NCBI GenBank assembly: GCA_964458165.1
Contig: CAYWFI010000001.1
Span: forward strand, 1-42,575
DNA: 42,575 nt
Direction of reading: 5' to 3'
Source of the DNA: an uncultured Candidatus Saccharibacteria bacterium
Lineage (GTDB): Bacteria > Patescibacteriota > Saccharimonadia > Saccharimonadales > JACDBH01
Part shown: positions 1 through 9,224 of the stretch, one piece after another
Position numbering within the stretch: the first letter of the stretch is position 1
Layout of the letters: every line of letters starts with the position of its first letter
Notes under the pieces: model-generated
Databases searched by the model: none
Seen by the model: the letters and a program-made list of their open reading frames with translations, nothing else
Told to the model about the DNA's origin: nothing
Position numbers and translations under genes: made by a program

Positions 1-1
1 A

Positions 2-469
2 GGCGAGCCGATTGCCGCCGTTATACCCGGCCGCGTTTTTCGCAACGAAGACATTGACGTTACGCACGAACACACCTTTTATCAGCTGGAGGGGGTGTAT
101 GTGGGCAAAGGGATTAATGTTGGCAACCTGATTGCTACGCTCGGCGCGTTTATGAACGAATACTTCGGCCAGGAACTGGCCACCAAACTGCAGCCGTTTT
201 ACTTCCCGTTCACAGAACCAAGCTTCGAGTTCGCGATTGAGCGGCCTCAGGCGCTGCGTAAAAATAACTCCGAGGAGCAAAACTGGCTGGAGCTGCTGGG
301 CTGCGGCATGATCCACCCCAATGTGCTCAAAATGGCAGGCATAGATCCCGAGGTCTATACAGGCTTTGCCTGGGGCAACGGCATCGAACGCCTAGTCATG
401 ATGAAACACGGCATAGAAGACATCCGCCACTTCGAATCCGCCAACTTAAAATTTTTGAGGCAGTTTTGA
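2..469 (+). CDS. pheS: Phenylalanine--tRNA ligase alpha subunit, C-terminal part (5' end lies outside the window)
   Basis: Frame 2 is open from the window edge (GEPIAAVIPGRVFRNEDIDVTHEHTFYQLEGV...). The C-terminus GFAWGNGIERLVMMKHGIEDIRHFESANLKFLRQF matches the class II PheS core and tail. Confidence 0.9.
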   Translation, partial: GEPIAAVIPGRVFRNEDIDVTHEHTFYQLEGVYVGKGINVGNLIATLGAFMNEYFGQELATKLQPFYFPFTEPSFEFAIERPQALRKNNSEEQNWLELLGCGMIHPNVLKMAGIDPEVYTGFAWGNGIERLVMMKHGIEDIRHFESANLKFLRQF

Positions 470-879
470 TGAAACCGAAGTATAGCAAGCTTGAAGACAG
501 CCAGGTTTGGAATAACATCTTTGAGATCAGCAAACAGGTGCAGGGCGAGTATGAAACGCTGCACGATGATGACAAATTTCCTTACGAATACGATCTGAAA
601 AATGAGGCTATATCCTGTGTTAAATATGCAGCCGAAGCGGCGGGCTCATTAGATCCGCGCGACCGCGCTTGGCAGCTTGGCCTGGCAAGATCAAAGCTTT
701 TTGCGGTCAAGAGCACGCTCAAACTCATCTATGGCTATAAACTTCTGGACGTCAATCCCGAACTAATGGTGCTAATTGATAGTACTGTGAAACTCATAGA
801 TACCGAGACTAAGGAACTACCTGCCCAGCTAAAAGATTGGCAAAAAACTTTCGATATGCCAGCGAGGAAAAAACCATGA
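466..879 (+). CDS. Hypothetical small protein, four-helix-bundle-like (resembles the TIGR02436 / 23S rRNA IVS-protein family)
   Basis: 137-aa ORF with ATGA overlaps to pheS (466-469) and pheT (876-879). The helical pattern ...YDLKNEAISCVKYAAEAAGS...QLGLARSKLFAVKSTLKLIYGYKLL resembles the family's AEG/GS helices. Confidence 0.45.
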   Translation: MMKPKYSKLEDSQVWNNIFEISKQVQGEYETLHDDDKFPYEYDLKNEAISCVKYAAEAAGSLDPRDRAWQLGLARSKLFAVKSTLKLIYGYKLLDVNPELMVLIDSTVKLIDTETKELPAQLKDWQKTFDMPARKKP

Positions 880-3386
880 AAGTCAGTCTGAATTTAGCTC
901 AAGAATTTTCTAATGTTGATTTAAAGTCTATCCCGCGGGATGAGCTTTTAAAGCGTGTTGGGGCACAGCTGGGGGCGGTAGAAGATGTGATCGATTGGGC
1001 GCCGAAGTTTGAGGGCGCGGTTATCGTAAAGGTTACAAGCTACGAAAAGCATCCGAATGCCGACAAACTGAGTGTCTGCCGAATTGACGATGGCGGCAAA
1101 AACCAGTCTGTAGAGCGTGGTGAGGACGGACTCATCCAGGTAGTGTGTGGCGCACCGAATGTTCATGTCGATATGTTTGCCGTCTGGCTGGCGCCGGGCG
1201 TGACGGTACCAAACAGCCGGGATAAAGATCCATTTATACTCGAAGCCCGCGAAATCCGCGGCGTGGTGAGCAATGGTATGTTGGCCAGCGCGCACGAGCT
1301 AGGCATATCTGACGACCATAACGGCATCGTGGACGCAACGGCTGAGGACGCTGGGAAAGAGCCGGTGCCTGGCGAACCGCTAACAAACTACTTCGGCCTG
1401 GACGATTTCGTAATTGACTGCGAAAACAAGATGTTCACCCACCGCCCGGACTGCTTTGGCAACCTTGGTGTAGCCCGCGAACTAGCAGGTATATCTGGCT
1501 TGAGTTTCCAAAGCCCTGATTGGTACCTGAATCCACCGCAGTTTGAAATCAAAGAAGGCTTGCCGCTAGAAGCTAAGAACGAAGCGCAGGATCTAGTGCC
1601 GCGTTTTATGGCGGTGGCGATGAGCAGCATCACGGTCAAACCCAGCCCGATGTGGTTGCAGGCTACGCTGGCGCGGGTTGGCATCAAGCCCATTAATAAT
1701 GTCGTAGACGTTACGAATTATGTGATGCACCTGACCGGTCAACCGTTGCACGCCTTTGACTACGACAAGATCAAAGAACGCTCAGACAAACCCGGCATCT
1801 TCCCGCGCCCGAGCCAAAGGGGTGAAAAACTGACGCTGCTCGGCCAAAAAGAAATCGAACTGACAGGCGAAGAAATCGTTATTAGTACCGACAAGCAGGC
1901 CGTTGCGCTCGGCGGTGTAATGGGCGGTTTTGATACGGAAGTGGATGAAAACACTAAAAACATCATCATAGAGTGCGCCACGTTTGACATGTTTAATGTC
2001 CGCCGTACCTCGATGCGTTTTGGACTGTTCACCGATGCCGTTACACGCTTTAACAAAGGCCAAAGCCCGCTGCAGAATGACCGCGTATTGGCTTTTGCTA
2101 TGCGAAAGATGGCCGAATTGGCTGGCGCAGGGCAGGCTAGTAACGTTTTCGACTCGGGCTCGGACTTTGCCGCGCCTGAAGTAATGTATACCACCGAGTT
2201 TATAAACCAACGACTTGGTTCGGAACTATCCAGTTCGCATATTATGGCCATGTTGCAGAACGTCGAGTTTGGGATTGAGGCGGTGCCGTTTGCAAAGTTC
2301 AAGGTTACACCACCTTTTTGGCGGATGGACATCGAGATTCCGGAAGACATCATCGAAGAAGTCGGGCGTTTGTATGGTTACGACAAACTGCCAGTAAATT
2401 TGCCGCCGCGCAGCGCTAAGCCCACGCCCAAGAACGAACTTTTTGAGTACAAGCAACACCTGCGTTACCGGCTCAAAGAAGCTGGTGCTAACGAGGTGCT
2501 GACCTACAGCTTTGTGCATGGCGACCTGATGCGTAAGACCGGCACCGACCCGGAGAAATGGGCCTATCATATCCGCAATGCCATCAGCCCGGATTTGCAA
2601 TATTACCGCACGTCGCTTATGCCGAGCTTGCTTGCCAAAGTCCATCCAAACATCAAAGCCCAGGCAGGTAGCACCGACAATCAGTTTGCCTTATTTGAGA
2701 CCGGTAAAGCTCATGTAAAAGGTTTTGTGGAAGAAAATGGTCTGCCGCAGCAAAAAGAACGTATCGCTGTTGTTGTCGCGGCTGATGATAAGACAGCCAA
2801 AAGCCATCAATCTGGCGCAGCTTTTTACCAAGCACGCATTTATCTGGAAGCTTTAACTGGTGGTCAGGCAGTTATCACCAGTGTAGAGGATTTTGATGAC
2901 CCAGCGCTGAGTGCATATGCTGACGGTCGTCGTGGCTTGGTGACAATTAGTGGCACAACCATTGGAATTATCGGTGAATTTAATCCCGAAACTAGAAAGA
3001 GCCTAAAGCTACCTGGCTTTACTGCTGGCTTTGAACTTGATATTGAACGCCTGCAACATCATTTGGGCTCTGCGGTCTACGAGCCGTTGCCAGAGTTCCC
3101 CGGACTAGAGCAAGACATTACCTTTGAGGTATCTCAAGATATGGCCTGGGCGGATTTGGCAGGAGCAGTTACTGGGCAGCTAGAGCAAGAGAGCAGCGAT
3201 CACGGCATAGTCACTTATGTGCGGCCGGGCAATATCTTCCAGAAATCAGATGATGGTCCAAAGCGGATTAGCTTCCGGGTAGGATTACGTCACCCGCATC
3301 GTACACTTACGACTAAAGAAACCACCAGTCTCCTCGACCGAGTAGCCACAATCCTTGCCAATAAACATAACGCCAACAGGATTTAG
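876..3386 (+). CDS. pheT: Phenylalanine--tRNA ligase beta subunit
   Basis: N-terminal tRNA-binding (EMAP-like) segment KHPNADKLSVCRIDDG, B3/4 and B5 regions, and an FDX-ACB-like C-terminus. I prefer the ATG at 876 (GAGGAAAA upstream, ATGA coupling) over the ORF-track start at 837. Confidence 0.9.
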   Translation: MKVSLNLAQEFSNVDLKSIPRDELLKRVGAQLGAVEDVIDWAPKFEGAVIVKVTSYEKHPNADKLSVCRIDDGGKNQSVERGEDGLIQVVCGAPNVHVDMFAVWLAPGVTVPNSRDKDPFILEAREIRGVVSNGMLASAHELGISDDHNGIVDATAEDAGKEPVPGEPLTNYFGLDDFVIDCENKMFTHRPDCFGNLGVARELAGISGLSFQSPDWYLNPPQFEIKEGLPLEAKNEAQDLVPRFMAVAMSSITVKPSPMWLQATLARVGIKPINNVVDVTNYVMHLTGQPLHAFDYDKIKERSDKPGIFPRPSQRGEKLTLLGQKEIELTGEEIVISTDKQAVALGGVMGGFDTEVDENTKNIIIECATFDMFNVRRTSMRFGLFTDAVTRFNKGQSPLQNDRVLAFAMRKMAELAGAGQASNVFDSGSDFAAPEVMYTTEFINQRLGSELSSSHIMAMLQNVEFGIEAVPFAKFKVTPPFWRMDIEIPEDIIEEVGRLYGYDKLPVNLPPRSAKPTPKNELFEYKQHLRYRLKEAGANEVLTYSFVHGDLMRKTGTDPEKWAYHIRNAISPDLQYYRTSLMPSLLAKVHPNIKAQAGSTDNQFALFETGKAHVKGFVEENGLPQQKERIAVVVAADDKTAKSHQSGAAFYQARIYLEALTGGQAVITSVEDFDDPALSAYADGRRGLVTISGTTIGIIGEFNPETRKSLKLPGFTAGFELDIERLQHHLGSAVYEPLPEFPGLEQDITFEVSQDMAWADLAGAVTGQLEQESSDHGIVTYVRPGNIFQKSDDGPKRISFRVGLRHPHRTLTTKETTSLLDRVATILANKHNANRI

Positions 3387-3388
3387 TC

Positions 3389-4423
3389 ATGTTTCCAGTA
3401 TTTATTTTCGCTATCGTTATCGTGGCATTTGGTTCTTTAGCAGCCGGCCTACGGGCATTGATTAAAAGCCAAGCTGGCAAGGAGGCCGCATTTGTAAAAT
3501 GGGTGCAAGATTCTGGCTATAAATATGATGGCCCAGAACCCCGCGACAACCGGCTCTCAATATCTGAAATTTCAGCCGCCACTAACAGGAAGCCAGTTAC
3601 CTCACCACCGGGCTTAGAACTATCAACTTACAACAAGGGTCAACTATGGAGCGCAGTTTACGGACACCTTAGCGAGGCGGGGAATGAGTTCTCGGTAGCC
3701 TATCAAATCGAAAGAAACAGAGGGCCTAATAGTCAGGATACTCTACATCGAACAGTCGCAACAGTTGCGATTCCAGATACCAGACTACAGCTGATAATAA
3801 ACAGCAAACTGAACAATGATGAACACAGTGGCGGCAATCTAGGCCAGTACAAAAAAGCACAGCAGCAACAGCTCGAAGGCAACTTCAGTGATTTCTTTGA
3901 GGTGTATTTGCCCAGCAAAACTCAAAGCGAAGCCCTAAGTCTGCTAGCGCCCAATACCATGCAGCTAATTATGGCTGAGTTTGCAGATTTTGACATAGAA
4001 GTGAATGGTAAGTTTCTATTCATCTATGCATACCGTCATATATACGATCCAAGGGAACTAGAACAGATGCTAGCAAAAATCGACAGATTGCTTAGTGAGC
4101 TTCGTTTGCAGTCTAGTAATGTTCGTGCCAGCCAGGCTGCAACTGCACGCTCTACGACAAGCCCCTCTGCTGATCATCGGTCGCTCAGCAAGCTTAGTAC
4201 ACCAGCTATAGTACTTAGATCACTACTTTTGGTAGCAGTTCCACTGACGGCTATCTTTGTTTATCTAAGCATAAGCAAATCGTATGAGCTTGCGTTCATG
4301 GCCATTATTGCCATTCCTCTGGCTGTGACATTCGTCTGGACGGGTTGGCGCTCTGTGAGGCAGAATAAGCTCAAAAAACGACATAACGCAACCGTTCGGC
4401 AAAATTTTAGTGGCGATAAATAG
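3389..4423 (+). CDS. Hypothetical membrane protein (one N-terminal TM, globular middle, two C-terminal TMs); possibly DUF3137-like
   Basis: 344-aa ORF 2 nt after pheT, with hydrophobic segments at both ends. No catalytic motif recognised; the DUF3137 resemblance is weak and from memory. Confidence 0.55.
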   Translation: MFPVFIFAIVIVAFGSLAAGLRALIKSQAGKEAAFVKWVQDSGYKYDGPEPRDNRLSISEISAATNRKPVTSPPGLELSTYNKGQLWSAVYGHLSEAGNEFSVAYQIERNRGPNSQDTLHRTVATVAIPDTRLQLIINSKLNNDEHSGGNLGQYKKAQQQQLEGNFSDFFEVYLPSKTQSEALSLLAPNTMQLIMAEFADFDIEVNGKFLFIYAYRHIYDPRELEQMLAKIDRLLSELRLQSSNVRASQAATARSTTSPSADHRSLSKLSTPAIVLRSLLLVAVPLTAIFVYLSISKSYELAFMAIIAIPLAVTFVWTGWRSVRQNKLKKRHNATVRQNFSGDK

Positions 4424-6191
4424 CGTGAAATTTTTATCAAAAACACTCCTGCGCCTAGCAGCTATAGCTGGCCTGCTAATTACATTACCCGTCCCAGCGT
4501 TGGCACAGGGTGTGAATGATTTTGTATTCACTAATTTTGAAGCCGATTATTATCTAAACAATAGTGATCCGCAGGGCGAAATGCGCGTGGTCGAGAATAT
4601 GACGGTCATTTTCAGCGGGCAAAACCGCGGTATCGAGCGCGCGATTCCACAAAAGTACGACGGACGTGACCTAAAACTGCAGGTACAGAGTGTCAGCTCC
4701 GGATCTGGCGCGCCCACGCAGTACACTACTCGCAATGAAAATGACAATCTGGTGCTGCGTATAGGTGACCCAGATATCTATATAACTGGAGAACAGCAAT
4801 ACACCATAGAGTACACTGTGCAAAATGTCATCAAATTTTATGAAAACCACGATGAGTTGTATTGGGATATTAACGGTGATGGCTGGCAGCAACCGTTCGA
4901 ACACGTATCGGTACGGCTGAGCTTAGGCGAGGGTTTGGGTGTGAACCAGGATCCGCTGTGTTTTACGGGTAGCTTCGGCAGCACGGCGCGGGACTGTGTG
5001 ATTACCGAAGATGCCGGTGTTATCGCGGCCGAAACAACCAGCCCGCTCGGCGCGCGCGAGACATTGACCATTGTTGCCGGCTTTGACAAAGGTTATTTCG
5101 CGCCCATGACCGGCCAAGAACGTTTTATGGAAATTCTGCCCGGCATCATCAAATTCCTGTTGCCGCCACTGCTTATTGGCGGCTATGCCATTCGTCACTG
5201 GCGTCGGCATGGCCGCGACCCAAAAGGCCGCGGCACCATCATCCCGCAGTACGATCCGCCGGCCGGTATGCGTCCGGCCGAGGTCGGCGCGTTAGCGGAT
5301 TTCAGGGTAGACCAGCACGATATTACGGCCGTTATCATTGATCTTGCGGTGCGGCGGTATATCAAGATTATTGAGGAAAAGAAAGTCAAGAAACTGCGCA
5401 AAGACACACTGGAATATTCGCTTGAACTGACAAATGCCGATTTTAGCGACCTGCGCGATTACGAGCAGGAAATTATCAAAGGCATATTCGGTAACACGCC
5501 AAATGCTGGCGAGGTTGTCGAACTTAAAAAACTCAAGAACAAATTCTATACATCATCCGCCAAGGCCAGTGAGCAGATAACCAGTAGAGTCGTGGAAGAG
5601 GGCTACTTTGCAGGGAATCCCGTATCGGCGGGCGGGCGGCTATGGGTAGTGTTTGGCCTGTCTATCGTTGGGGCGGTTGTGTTAGGTGTGATTTTTGGTG
5701 GCGCGATGGTAGCCGGCTTTATCCTTGCGATACTCATCGTATTAATCTGTGCGCTGGCTATGCAGGCTCGCACGGACAAGGGCGTCGAGGCCAAAGAACA
5801 CGCACTGGGTTTGAAATTATATATGGAAACAGCCGAGGCTGACCGCATCAAGATGATGCAGAGCCCGGATGCGCCCTATAACAAAAGCGCCGAGCCCAAG
5901 AAAACGGTAGAGTTGTTTGAAAAACTCTTGCCCTATGCCGTTATTTTTAAGGTGGAAAAGCAGTGGGCGGCAGAATTCAAAGATATCTACACCCAGCCGC
6001 CAGAATGGTATGGCGGCAATAACCTGGCTGCCTTCAATACGGCTTATTTAGCTGGTGCGCTGACAGGCAGCATGAACAGCGCTATGACGACGGCGTTTAG
6101 CAGTCCAAGCAGCTCCGGAGGCTCTGGGTTTTCCGGGGGCGGTGGCTTCTCTGGCGGTGGTGGGGGCGGAGGCGGCGGCGGGGGCTGGTAG
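4410..6191 (+). CDS. DUF2207-type membrane protein with glycine-rich C-terminal tail
   Basis: Signal peptide (..LPVPALAQG), a large extracytoplasmic domain, TM segments, and a tail SSSGGSGFSGGGGFSGGGGGGGGGGGW typical of DUF2207 proteins. GTG start at 4410 (or GTG at 4425) overlaps the previous ORF. Confidence 0.7.
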   Translation: MAINSVKFLSKTLLRLAAIAGLLITLPVPALAQGVNDFVFTNFEADYYLNNSDPQGEMRVVENMTVIFSGQNRGIERAIPQKYDGRDLKLQVQSVSSGSGAPTQYTTRNENDNLVLRIGDPDIYITGEQQYTIEYTVQNVIKFYENHDELYWDINGDGWQQPFEHVSVRLSLGEGLGVNQDPLCFTGSFGSTARDCVITEDAGVIAAETTSPLGARETLTIVAGFDKGYFAPMTGQERFMEILPGIIKFLLPPLLIGGYAIRHWRRHGRDPKGRGTIIPQYDPPAGMRPAEVGALADFRVDQHDITAVIIDLAVRRYIKIIEEKKVKKLRKDTLEYSLELTNADFSDLRDYEQEIIKGIFGNTPNAGEVVELKKLKNKFYTSSAKASEQITSRVVEEGYFAGNPVSAGGRLWVVFGLSIVGAVVLGVIFGGAMVAGFILAILIVLICALAMQARTDKGVEAKEHALGLKLYMETAEADRIKMMQSPDAPYNKSAEPKKTVELFEKLLPYAVIFKVEKQWAAEFKDIYTQPPEWYGGNNLAAFNTAYLAGALTGSMNSAMTTAFSSPSSSGGSGFSGGGGFSGGGGGGGGGGGW

Positions 6192-6194
6192 GTC

Positions 6195-6223
6195 TTGCAC
6201 GATACCACTAAGTAACGTATAAT
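6195..6223 (+). promoter_or_regulatory. Sigma70-type promoter TTGCAC-17 nt-TATAAT
   Basis: -35 TTGCAC at 6195-6200, 17-nt spacer, -10 TATAAT at 6218-6223. It lies directly after the DUF2207 stop and faces the gene-free region. Confidence 0.55.
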
Positions 6224-6229
6224 ACTTCA

Positions 6230-6750
6230 CACTTTGAGGTTGAGTGAGTACGCTCTCTCAAGGGGTTATTTAACAAGGTGTAGAAGTACGTTTAGGTAGT
6301 AACCCTTGCAGAATTGTTTCTGTAGCGGCTACTACCTAAATTGATAGGTAAAAGAATTGCGGTCACTCTGTTTTCGGGGGATAAACAGGTGGTACCGCAT
6401 GCTGTCGGATCGAAACAAGAGGGACACGTGCACAACGCGTGGTTTCGGTCCGACAGAGGTCATTTGCGCATTTCGAGATTGTAGCTCCATATCGTCCGAC
6501 CGCGAAGGAGTTCTCTTGAAGTGTGCAAATTGCCGCAGTGAGACGATGCTGTCTAAAGCTCGAATGACGCGTTTTAAGTCATGTGGTGTCCTAACAGACG
6601 CCCCTCACTGCGGCAACTTCGCGTGGTTCCCGGTTGGGGTTCGCCCGCCTGTCCCCCCATCGGGAACCACGCATAAGTTATCGGGGTACCCCTGGCATCA
6701 TGGCTTCGTCTTGTAGAAGACTATATGATGTTGCCGCCAGGGGTACCCCG
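6230..6750 (+). ncRNA. Candidate large structured non-coding RNA of unknown class (3' end uncertain, possibly near 6830)
   Basis: Consecutive helices: 6232-6238/6257-6263; 6291-6301/6330-6340 (11 bp); 6359-6373/6383-6398; 6402-6416/6442-6456 (15 bp, 1 GU); 6463-6470/6522-6529; 6530-6542/6604-6616 (13 bp); 6621-6632/6661-6672 (12 bp); 6682-6696/6736-6749 (14-15 bp) extended by 6697-6701/6725-6729 and 6708-6712/6717-6721. The wobble pairs are GU only when read on the + strand. Confidence 0.5.
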
Positions 6751-6908
6751 TCCAAGTTTGATTGCCCGTGTGATCGGACTTCAGGAGAGACTTCCAAATG
6801 ACAGATTGGTCGAGACATAGGTTGAGTTTTTTGCTCCCGACACTCCCTTTCATTTTTACCAGCCAGACTTCTACGCCTCTTCACCCGAATCCATAAACAG
6901 ACTCAAGT

Positions 6909-6937
6909 TTGTGGCGTCAGGCGAAGAACCATATAAT
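6909..6937 (+). promoter_or_regulatory. Possible promoter TTGTGG-17 nt-TATAAT very close to the ABC transporter start
   Basis: -10 TATAAT at 6932-6937 is only about 6-12 nt from the GTG (6943) or ATG (6949) start, implying a very short or absent leader. Confidence 0.3.
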
Positions 6938-6942
6938 AACCA

Positions 6943-8721
6943 GTGGCTATGAGGCATATTTTCCGAATCTTACGGTTTACTTCGAGTTTGTGGCGGTATT
7001 ATGCCGCGATTTCGGTATTTACGATTCTGTTGGCCGCGACAAGCCTGCTTCAACCGCTTATTACCGGTCGGGTGGTTGATGAACTGCGTCTGGGCACTGA
7101 AGCGAGCGTTCAATTCGTACTAATCATGGCGGGGCTGATTTTTGCGCTGGATTTCGCCACCACTATCTTTAGCAACATCGGCGGTTATATCGGCGACCAG
7201 ATGCAGGCTAGGCTTATAAAAATTTTAAGCGAACGTTACTATCAGCATATCTTGAGTCTGCCGCAGCAGTTTTTTGACACCGAGCTGACCGGCAAAATCA
7301 TCAATCGCCTCAATCGCTCCATTACCCAAATTGCTAACTTCATGCATATGATGAGCAATAATTTCTTGCAGTTTATATTCAGCACGGTGCTATCGCTTAT
7401 TGTTATCGCTTTTTACAGCTGGCAGGTGGCAACTCTACTTTTTGCCTTGTACCCGATATTTATCCTGATGACTGTTCGCACGAGCAATAAATGGCAGAAG
7501 TATCAGACTAAAAAAAACGAACACAGTGATATTGCCAGCGGCCGGTTTGCCGAAGCGGTTGGACAAATCAAAGTAGTCAAAAGCTTTATTCAGGAAAAAC
7601 GTGAGCTAGGCTTTTTGTCCAAGCATTACGCCAAAGCAGTCGGTATCAACCGGCCGCAATCGCGCCTATGGCACGTCAATGATGTCAAACGGCGAATCGT
7701 ACTGAACATCATTTTCTTTGGTGTCTATGCCTTTATCTTCGTGCAGGCCGCGCAGGGGCAGTTAACACCTGGCGAAGCCGTGACGCTTATCCTATACGCG
7801 CTTAATATTCGTATCCCGATATTTACCATCAGCTTCCTTGTGGAGCAGACTCAGCGTGCTGTGGCCGACAGCCGTGACTACTTTGAGATCATGGAAATCG
7901 AACCGACTATAAACGATGGCCCCGACGCCAGCCCTATCAAAGTCACCGGAGGAGCTATACGTTTTACTAATGTATCATTCGCATACGACAAGCAGCCGGT
8001 ACTTCAAGGTATCGATTTTGGCGTTGAATCAGATAGCAAGGTCGCTCTGGTAGGCGAAAGCGGCGAGGGAAAAACGACTATTACTAACTTGCTCATGCGT
8101 CTGTACCAGCCACAAGAAGGTATCATCGAAATAGACGGCCGTAATATTGCGGGCGTGACCCAAGCCAGCTTGCGCGCCCAAATAGCCGTAGTATTTCAAG
8201 ATCCGGCGCTGTTTAGCGGTACGATCAAAGAAAATATCTCCTACGCCAAACCAAAGGCTACACACAAAGAAATCGAGGCGGCCGCTCGGGCCGCTAACGC
8301 GCACGAATTTATTGCCAAACTAGAGAATGGTTACGATACTGAAATCGGTGAACGCGGACTAAAACTTTCGGGCGGGCAAAAGCAACGTGTCGCCATAGCC
8401 CGCGCGCTTTTAAAAGACGCGCCGATTCTTATTCTAGATGAAGCCACTAGTTCGCTAGATAGCAAGTCCGAGGCTATGGTTCAAGAAGCGCTTGAACGGC
8501 TAATGCGAGGTCGCACTACCATAATCATCGCCCATCGTCTGAGCACTATCCAGTCCGTCGATAAAATCATTACTATTAAGGACGGCAGGGTTGACGAGGT
8601 CGGCACACCGCGCCAGCTGGCTAGAACAGACGGCATCTACGCCCAGTTGCTGGCCCTGCAAAGCCGCGCCCCAACCGATCGTATCCGCAAGCAGCTTAAA
8701 GAGTATGAGATTGCAGGATGA
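6943..8721 (+). CDS. ABC transporter, fused permease/ATP-binding protein (MsbA/exporter type)
   Basis: Six-TM N-terminal half, then Walker A GESGEGKTT, signature LSGGQKQR, Walker B ILILDEATS and H-loop IIAHRLS. The start may be the ATG at 6949. Confidence 0.85.
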   Translation: MAMRHIFRILRFTSSLWRYYAAISVFTILLAATSLLQPLITGRVVDELRLGTEASVQFVLIMAGLIFALDFATTIFSNIGGYIGDQMQARLIKILSERYYQHILSLPQQFFDTELTGKIINRLNRSITQIANFMHMMSNNFLQFIFSTVLSLIVIAFYSWQVATLLFALYPIFILMTVRTSNKWQKYQTKKNEHSDIASGRFAEAVGQIKVVKSFIQEKRELGFLSKHYAKAVGINRPQSRLWHVNDVKRRIVLNIIFFGVYAFIFVQAAQGQLTPGEAVTLILYALNIRIPIFTISFLVEQTQRAVADSRDYFEIMEIEPTINDGPDASPIKVTGGAIRFTNVSFAYDKQPVLQGIDFGVESDSKVALVGESGEGKTTITNLLMRLYQPQEGIIEIDGRNIAGVTQASLRAQIAVVFQDPALFSGTIKENISYAKPKATHKEIEAAARAANAHEFIAKLENGYDTEIGERGLKLSGGQKQRVAIARALLKDAPILILDEATSSLDSKSEAMVQEALERLMRGRTTIIIAHRLSTIQSVDKIITIKDGRVDEVGTPRQLARTDGIYAQLLALQSRAPTDRIRKQLKEYEIAG

Positions 8722-9173
8722 TGGCATCACCGCACAATCGTAACACCGGCCGGGCTATTATTATGCACCAGGGCAAGATAGTTCTAATTGAACGCTGGCG
8801 TCCTGGCAAGCACTATTTTTCTATTCCGGGCGGTGGCATAGAACCAGGCGAGTCGTCCGTAGATGCCGCTGTACGCGAAGTGTATGAAGAAACCAGCCTG
8901 ATTGTCAGGCCTAATCGTCTGCTGTACGAGATGCGCGATGGACCTATAACCCACTCGATTTTCTTATGCGGATACGTCAGTGGCGAACCACATCTGCAGC
9001 CCGACTCCGAAGAAGCACAGGCTGGTTCGGACAATCAGTTTTTGCCGCGCTGGGTTAGCCTCGACGAACTTGAGGCGGAGCTTTTTGGCTATTGGCAGCC
9101 CGTTGCCAGGCAGCTTGTTGTAGATATTGCAAAAGGTCTCCCAAAAGAGGCCAAAACCCTTGCCTCTGATTAG
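8718..9173 (+). CDS. NUDIX hydrolase
   Basis: Nudix box GGGIEPGESSVDAAVREVYEETSL; ATGA overlap with the ABC transporter stop. Confidence 0.8.
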   Translation: MMASPHNRNTGRAIIMHQGKIVLIERWRPGKHYFSIPGGGIEPGESSVDAAVREVYEETSLIVRPNRLLYEMRDGPITHSIFLCGYVSGEPHLQPDSEEAQAGSDNQFLPRWVSLDELEAELFGYWQPVARQLVVDIAKGLPKEAKTLASD

Positions 9174-9224
9174 TTGATGTGGGGTATACTGATGGCTAAG
9201 ACACTTTAGCGGAGGTATTTCAGT

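Noticed and set aside
837-875. ORF-track upstream starts (837 for pheT, 12895 for gap, 20955, 22482, 23832, 37327, 37865)
   Set aside because: In each case an internal start has a better RBS or ATGA coupling. Alternatively, the extension would cross a terminator or repeat hairpin, or add a non-homologous N-terminus.
6375-6390. Single DnaA-box-like GGGGGATAA, suggesting the gap might be an origin of replication
   Set aside because: Only one weak (7/9) box, no AT-rich unwinding element, and no dnaA or dnaN nearby.
6357-6716. 119-aa ORF in the large intergenic gap
   Set aside because: It has Cys/Arg/Gly/Pro-rich odd composition and no RBS, and it runs through at least five strong RNA helices. 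It is more likely a by-product of GC-rich stems than a gene.
6230-6830. Assignment of the structured locus to tmRNA, RNase P RNA, SRP RNA, 6S RNA or a group II intron
   Set aside because: By eye there is no GGTTCGA-type T-arm or CCA-proximal acceptor pairing. There is also no Ala-rich tag frame, no GGAAAGTCC / ACAGAA..GGCTTA P4 pair, no GGAA/AGCA SRP domain IV and no domain V consensus. It is left as unclassified pending a covariance-model scan.
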